A DNA stretch of 20,000 bases from an uncultured virus (IMG/VR IMGVR_UViG_3300028394_000079) (lineage: Duplodnaviria; Heunggongvirae; Uroviricota; Caudoviricetes), in the IMG/VR virus record IMGVR_UViG_3300028394_000079; one strand, written 5' to 3'. Below are positions 15,599-20,000 of the stretch, in pieces (the stretch's first letter is position 1; every line of letters begins with the position of its first letter). The notes below the pieces were generated by a model. It was given only the letters and a program-made list of their open reading frames with translations, ran no database searches and had not been told where the DNA came from. The translations under genes were made by a program, and so were the position numbers.

Positions 15599-15691
15599 TC
15601 ACACCACACTCCATGCAATTATGTACGTACCAAAAACAATAAACGCAGTGATAGAGACTGCCGCAATGATTGCTTCAGTCCAGTCTTTCAT
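15599..15691 (-). CDS. 30-aa single-TM peptide MKDWTEAIIAAVSITAFIVFGTYIIAWSVV
   Basis: Below the ORF-track cutoff. Starts 2 nt after the chaperone stop and ends 3 nt before the next ATG. One continuous hydrophobic helix. Confidence 0.68.
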   Translation of the reverse strand: MKDWTEAIIAAVSITAFIVFGTYIIAWSVV

Positions 15692-15693
15692 GA

Positions 15694-16176
15694 TTAGGGC
15701 GCGTCAGGCCAAGTGATTGTCCAAGGGAAGCCAGACTGAGCAGTAACATCACGCAATGCTTGACGGTACGTAGCCCATGCAGTTTTATCCGCAGTGCTAT
15801 CAGAAATCTGAGTCCAGTCGCAGTCCTTGAGCTTTTCCGTGCGTGAGGTGCGTACAGACTTGGCTTGCTCTGCGTCTTTAATGGCTTTGTAAGCGGCTTC
15901 TTGTTCTGCGGCAGTTGTCTCACCATCTGTAAAGACAGGGCCAAGCACATACTTGGTGTACCACTTGCCATCAATCTGCTCAACGCCGTCTTGCTGTGAG
16001 TATTGATATACCGTACCACCTGATGCTTGTGGGCCTTCAAACACAATGTCTGATTCAAACCTATTGACCGCCTCTTCGGTAATGCCACTCAAAGATTTGG
16101 CGTAAGTTTGGGCGACCCACTTTTCCCACTCGTGTTGTAAAAGCACTTGACCTGTTGCGCGAATTCGTATTTGCAT
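15694..16176 (-). CDS. Tail fibre assembly chaperone (160 aa)
   Basis: AAGGA SD. C-terminal R..KLKDCDWTQISD...WATYRQALRDVTAQSGFPWTITWPDAP is typical of phage tail assembly chaperones. Follows the fibre genes. Confidence 0.88.
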   Translation of the reverse strand: MQIRIRATGQVLLQHEWEKWVAQTYAKSLSGITEEAVNRFESDIVFEGPQASGGTVYQYSQQDGVEQIDGKWYTKYVLGPVFTDGETTAAEQEAAYKAIKDAEQAKSVRTSRTEKLKDCDWTQISDSTADKTAWATYRQALRDVTAQSGFPWTITWPDAP

Positions 16177-16185
16177 GATTTTTCC

Positions 16186-18171
16186 TTATGCGATTGCCAA
16201 AAAGATGTAGCTTGCTGAACTTGTGTTAATTGCTACTGTAATTGCCGCATTTAAAGCAAAGCCTGTTGAGACTGTTGTAACAGAGCCAAGAGTTGCCACT
16301 TCAGCTACTGAATCGTTTAACCATAAATATGGGTCTGTCAATACTGTCATGCCACGGGCTGTGTCGTATACATACCAATCACCCGTTGAGTCTGTGCGTT
16401 TGATAAGAACAAACCTTGCACCACCCGCACCGAATCCGCAATCAATTGTTTGAGTTGAGCCATTGCCTGTGTATGAGCCTACTTTGGAAATACCTGCAAG
16501 AGTTGCAAAAAGGTAAGTCACAAATGTGTATCCGTTACCATTTGAATACGAATTATTTCCAACACTAAACACAGACGAAGTGGGGGCTGTGCTATTCCAA
16601 TAACTACCACCTCCAGCAGATATTGCGCCAGTTGTAGATAGTTTTAAATATTCATCATTGGCATATGATAAATATGTTGACCCAACTAACCAATATGGCC
16701 CTGTGTTGCTTCTACTTTTTCGAATTACTAATTCGGGCATAACTCCTAAGTTATGCGTCACAGTTTTTGCTACACCCGTCCCTGTATCGCAAACCTCATC
16801 AAAGAAGCTAGGGGCGCGTCTGAAGTTCCAGTAAATAGTAGACAAACCACTGTAGTTACTAGATATTGTAATTCCAGTACTGCCCCAATTCCTAGTGAAA
16901 CTAGATAAAGTTTCTGCGCCAGTGCCATCGCTTTTTAAGCGAGGTGTGGACGTCCCCACAGTTGTTGTATCTACTCCGCGAAGTCTGTCACCCCAAAACG
17001 CTGGGTCTCCCAAACGATACTGAGAAATTGATAAATCAACGGGGAATCCAGTTGTAATAGCTGTACCTGTTGTGCCTGATGAAGTGTTAGGACTAAACAC
17101 ACTCGTCCCCACAGTAGGCACTTTCATCGGGCCTCTGCGAATGGCTATGTAGATGTAGGGTGTTGACGCATATTGATTTGCTACAAAACCTGTACTTGTT
17201 GGGTGAACACTTCTGTTGAAATTATTATCTTCTGCGCCTGAAGTGTTTGGAAATAATCCACCAACCCCGTCAGTTGTAGGAGGTGCTGGCATACCACGCA
17301 TATTGTCAGCAATAACCCAATTTGTTTCTCCGTAAATCCCACTAGTTGCTTTGGTTAAAACCCATTGAGGCTCATAGCCCAAACTTACAGTTGCAACGCC
17401 ACTGCCATCAGTAGTGTATGTTCCACACGAAATCACATTGTCTGTACCAGTTAGGCCAAAGCCTCCTGCGTCATGGGCGAATAGGTAGGCAACGTATGTA
17501 TTACCATTGGCGTTTGTGCCATTTGTACCGCTTGGATTTCCGACTTGAAAATTAGTTGAAGTTGGTAGAGCATTATTAAAAGCGGTATTAGTTTGTGCAA
17601 TATACGTATCGTTTAAAAGTATTATAGTGTCGCCTGTCCCGCTACATCCTCTATGATAAACCGGCCAATTAGTAGAATCTGATGTATTTTTAACAATAAT
17701 ACAACCGGGGACACTTCCAAGATTATGTGCAATTGTCTGAGTTGACCCATTCCCTGTATAAGTCACAATATCAAAGAACTTTGCTTGTTTACGGAATGTC
17801 CATGAAACATAAGTAGCCGCAGATGTGTTGTAATCCGCATCAGCACCAATCGTAAATCCAGTTGTGCTAAACGCAGTTAATCCTGTGCTTTCAGTTGCTT
17901 CTGCGTCAGTAGAGTTAGATGCAAGTGATTTTGTAACACCTCTTGCGGTATCGGTTAAACGATGACCAGTTGCGCCACTTCTGCCTTTTATCCAAGTTAA
18001 CCCACCTTTGGTAGACAAGTCAATATTATTGGTAATGGTCTGTGTAGCACCTGTACCTGTGTAGAGAAAACAGGAGAACACATCCTCAATGTAATTAGGC
18101 ACAGCAGATGCTTGAGCAAACTCCCCAAAGCCTTGAGCAGAAGCCGCACCCCTTGTTTGTACTAATGGCAT
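16186..18171 (-). CDS. Tail fibre / receptor-binding-associated protein built of about six YTG(N/T)G beta modules (661 aa)
   Basis: AAGGA SD. Modules of roughly 100-115 aa begin YTGTGATQTI, YTGNGSTQTIAHNLG, GTYTTDGSG, DTGTGVAKTVTHNLG and YTGNGSTQTIDCG and end in motifs such as YVAYLFA and YIFLAIA. Confidence 0.82.
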   Translation of the reverse strand: MPLVQTRGAASAQGFGEFAQASAVPNYIEDVFSCFLYTGTGATQTITNNIDLSTKGGLTWIKGRSGATGHRLTDTARGVTKSLASNSTDAEATESTGLTAFSTTGFTIGADADYNTSAATYVSWTFRKQAKFFDIVTYTGNGSTQTIAHNLGSVPGCIIVKNTSDSTNWPVYHRGCSGTGDTIILLNDTYIAQTNTAFNNALPTSTNFQVGNPSGTNGTNANGNTYVAYLFAHDAGGFGLTGTDNVISCGTYTTDGSGVATVSLGYEPQWVLTKATSGIYGETNWVIADNMRGMPAPPTTDGVGGLFPNTSGAEDNNFNRSVHPTSTGFVANQYASTPYIYIAIRRGPMKVPTVGTSVFSPNTSSGTTGTAITTGFPVDLSISQYRLGDPAFWGDRLRGVDTTTVGTSTPRLKSDGTGAETLSSFTRNWGSTGITISSNYSGLSTIYWNFRRAPSFFDEVCDTGTGVAKTVTHNLGVMPELVIRKSRSNTGPYWLVGSTYLSYANDEYLKLSTTGAISAGGGSYWNSTAPTSSVFSVGNNSYSNGNGYTFVTYLFATLAGISKVGSYTGNGSTQTIDCGFGAGGARFVLIKRTDSTGDWYVYDTARGMTVLTDPYLWLNDSVAEVATLGSVTTVSTGFALNAAITVAINTSSASYIFLAIA

Positions 18172-18180
18172 GGTTTTCCT

Positions 18181-20000
18181 TTAAGCAAACTTGGTCTGTG
18201 AAGTGAACACAGTAAATGCCGCATTACCCGTTTTGATGATCGTGTACATATACACATCAACTGCACTTGCATTACCAGCCGCATACGCTGTACCGCCCTG
18301 ATACTTAGGAGTAACAGTTGAGCCATCCACTTGCACCACAGAGTTGTAATAGGCAGTAGCACCTTGAGTCACCAAGAAAGCCACAGTCACAGACTGACCC
18401 GTGGACATGGCAGTGTTCAAAGATGTACCTGATGAGGCTCTGAAGTTAACTGTCCAGTTAGCACTTGCGTTGCTGGTGTAGTAAATAACCGATTGAGTGG
18501 TTACATCGTAGTTGATTGTTCCTGTAGCCGCTGTAGCTGATACTGTGGCTATCTCTGCCGCATTGCTCAAGACTTCTGCTAGCACTGAAGATGAGCCAGC
18601 AAAGGTCTGTGTCGCTGTAAATGTGTTGGCAACATTGACAACAGGAATATTAGCCCCTGCCAAAGTAGATGCACCAGTACCACCATTAGCAATAGGAAGT
18701 GTTCCTGTTACACCAGTAGTTAAAGGAAGACCTGTAGCGTTAGTTAAAACACCACTTGCAGGTGTTCCCAATTGAGGGGTTGTTAGTACAGGGCTTGTCA
18801 GCGTCTTGTTTGTCAGAGTTTCTGTGCCTGTCGGGGTCACATAATCAGTGCCCGCAGTAGCCGCAGATATTGCTGTTCCATTTCCTTTAATAACACCTGT
18901 AATAGATGTTGATAAAGTTATAGCGGGTGTTGTTGTTGCTGTAGCTACTGTTCCTGCAAAACCATTGGCAGATACAACAGAGGCACTTGTTACTGTTCCC
19001 GATCCACCACCAGTAGACGCAATAGTAATACCACCCGCACTATTGGTTACAGTAATACCAGAACCTGCTGTCAAAGTAGCTTTAGTTAGTGTATTTCCTG
19101 TAGTGTTACCAATCAGCAATTGACCATCTGTATAAGAAGTTTGTCCTGTTCCACCATTGGCTACAGGCAAAGTGCCTGTTATACCAGTTGACAAAGGCAG
19201 ACCCGTTGCATTCGTCAATGTTGCACTTGTTGGAGTTCCCAAGATAGGAGTTACCAATGTTGGACTTGTTGCAAAAACATTTGCACCACTTCCTGTTTCA
19301 TCTGTTAAAGCTGTTGCTAGTTGAGCAGATGTAAATGAACCTAATGAAGTTGCATTACCAACAGAAGTAACAGCACCTGTTAGATTAGCATTTGTCGTGA
19401 CATTACCCGCTGTAAGACCAGATGCCGTTCCCGTGATATTTGTACCAACTAAAGCAGATGGTGTTCCTAATGCAGGTGTGACCAATGTTGGACTAGTTGC
19501 AAAGACTAATGATCCTGTGCCTGTTTCATCTGTTACAGCAGATATTAGATTTGCTGAACTAGGTGTTGCTAGAAAGGTTGCTACACCTGTTCCAAGCCCC
19601 GAAACACCTGTGCTGATAGGCAGACCCGTTGCATTCGTTAAAGTGCCGCTAGTAGGAGTTCCAAGAATAGGGGTTACTAGCGTAGGGCTTGTAGCAAATA
19701 CCAATGCGCCAGAACCTGTTTCATCAGTGATTGCAGCGGCTAAATTAGCACTAGAGGGGGTTGCCAAAAGAGTTGCTACGCCAGTACCCAAACCACTTAC
19801 GCCCGTTGAAATAGGAAGACCCGTAGCATTTGTTAAGACTGCCGCACTCGGTGTACCAAGGGCGGGGGTTACAAGTGTTGGCGAGTTTGACAACACTACA
19901 TTTGTTGTGCCTGTAGAGGTTGTAACTCCTGTACCGCCTTGAAGGACTGTTAAAGGTGTTGTAAGTCCAGTGAGTGACGTAATGTCAGAGTTAGCACCAC
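18181..20000 (-). CDS. Long tail fibre protein, 5' end outside window (more than 605 aa)
   Basis: The frame stays open past the track's 19896 start to the window edge ([24 protein letters not shown]...). Thr/Gly/Ala-rich shaft with [16 protein letters not shown] and ETLTNKTL motifs and a C-terminal beta domain. Confidence 0.9.
   Translation of the reverse strand, partial: GANSDITSLTGLTTPLTVLQGGTGVTTSTGTTNVVLSNSPTLVTPALGTPSAAVLTNATGLPISTGVSGLGTGVATLLATPSSANLAAAITDETGSGALVFATSPTLVTPILGTPTSGTLTNATGLPISTGVSGLGTGVATFLATPSSANLISAVTDETGTGSLVFATSPTLVTPALGTPSALVGTNITGTASGLTAGNVTTNANLTGAVTSVGNATSLGSFTSAQLATALTDETGSGANVFATSPTLVTPILGTPTSATLTNATGLPLSTGITGTLPVANGGTGQTSYTDGQLLIGNTTGNTLTKATLTAGSGITVTNSAGGITIASTGGGSGTVTSASVVSANGFAGTVATATTTPAITLSTSITGVIKGNGTAISAATAGTDYVTPTGTETLTNKTLTSPVLTTPQLGTPASGVLTNATGLPLTTGVTGTLPIANGGTGASTLAGANIPVVNVANTFTATQTFAGSSSVLAEVLSNAAEIATVSATAATGTINYDVTTQSVIYYTSNASANWTVNFRASSGTSLNTAMSTGQSVTVAFLVTQGATAYYNSVVQVDGSTVTPKYQGGTAYAAGNASAVDVYMYTIIKTGNAAFTVFTSQTKFA
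18712..19884 (-). repeat. Degenerate SPTLVTPxLGTP...LTNATGLP fibre repeats (five copies; first three starts at 195-bp / 65-aa spacing)
   Basis: Units begin at 19884, 19689, 19494, 19266 and 18795 on the minus strand. Confidence 0.9.

Larger units (their letters stand above)
1..20000 (-). mobile_element. Segment of a tailed bacteriophage (podovirus-like) genome: tail, lysis and internal-virion module
   Basis: All credible genes are on the minus strand and abut or overlap by a few nt. Lysozyme, holin, tail fibres, fibre chaperone, nozzle-like protein and large ejection proteins are present; no host housekeeping genes. Free phage versus prophage cannot be decided here. Confidence 0.95.

Noticed and set aside
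15675..16088. 137-aa alternative-frame ORF over the chaperone, and 15360..15614 over the 95-aa gene
   Set aside because: They overlap better-supported genes that fit the operon's coupling pattern, and show no recognisable motifs.
16186..19884. Fibre repeats as a diversity-generating retroelement target or CRISPR-like array
   Set aside because: No reverse transcriptase, no adenine-specific TR/VR pair noticed and no identical spaced DNA repeats; the repeats are in-frame protein repeats.
18512..19942. Plus-strand Val/Pro/Ala-rich ORFs (18512..18775, 18848..19123, 19397..19942)
   Set aside because: Mirror translations of the Thr/Gly/Ala-rich fibre repeats.
1..20000. tRNAs, promoters and intrinsic terminators
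   Set aside because: Intergenic gaps are at most about 11 nt once the two small ORFs are included, and I saw no cloverleaf or hairpin plus U-tract by eye.

Overview
The window is a tightly packed, entirely minus-strand late (virion and lysis) operon of a tailed bacteriophage with podovirus-like gene order. In transcription order (right to left): a repeat-rich tail fibre (truncated at 20000), a YTGNG-repeat fibre protein, a fibre chaperone, a seven-gene lysis-type cassette (30-aa TM peptide, 95-aa secreted protein, 78-aa protein, 240-aa single-TM protein, 3TM holin, 38-aa His/Cys peptide, GH24 lysozyme), a tail nozzle/stabilisation protein, a 113-aa tail protein, three probable internal virion (ejection) proteins, and a giant protein of at least 1719 aa (5158 to <1). 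The ORF track missed the giant ORF because it runs off the window; I checked it codon by codon and found no stop. It carries an HExxH metallopeptidase, an HhH-glycosylase-like domain and a GNAT-like domain, i.e. a polyvalent protein. Highlights: (1) an apparently genuine 89-aa gene overprinted in the +1 frame of the linker between two effector domains, a candidate built-in immunity gene; (2) strong excess of the palindrome TTTAAA/GTTTAAAC; (3) a possible T4 lysis-inhibition-like gene set; (4) TonB-box-like repeats in an ejection protein. All family assignments come from motif recognition by eye; no database search was run.
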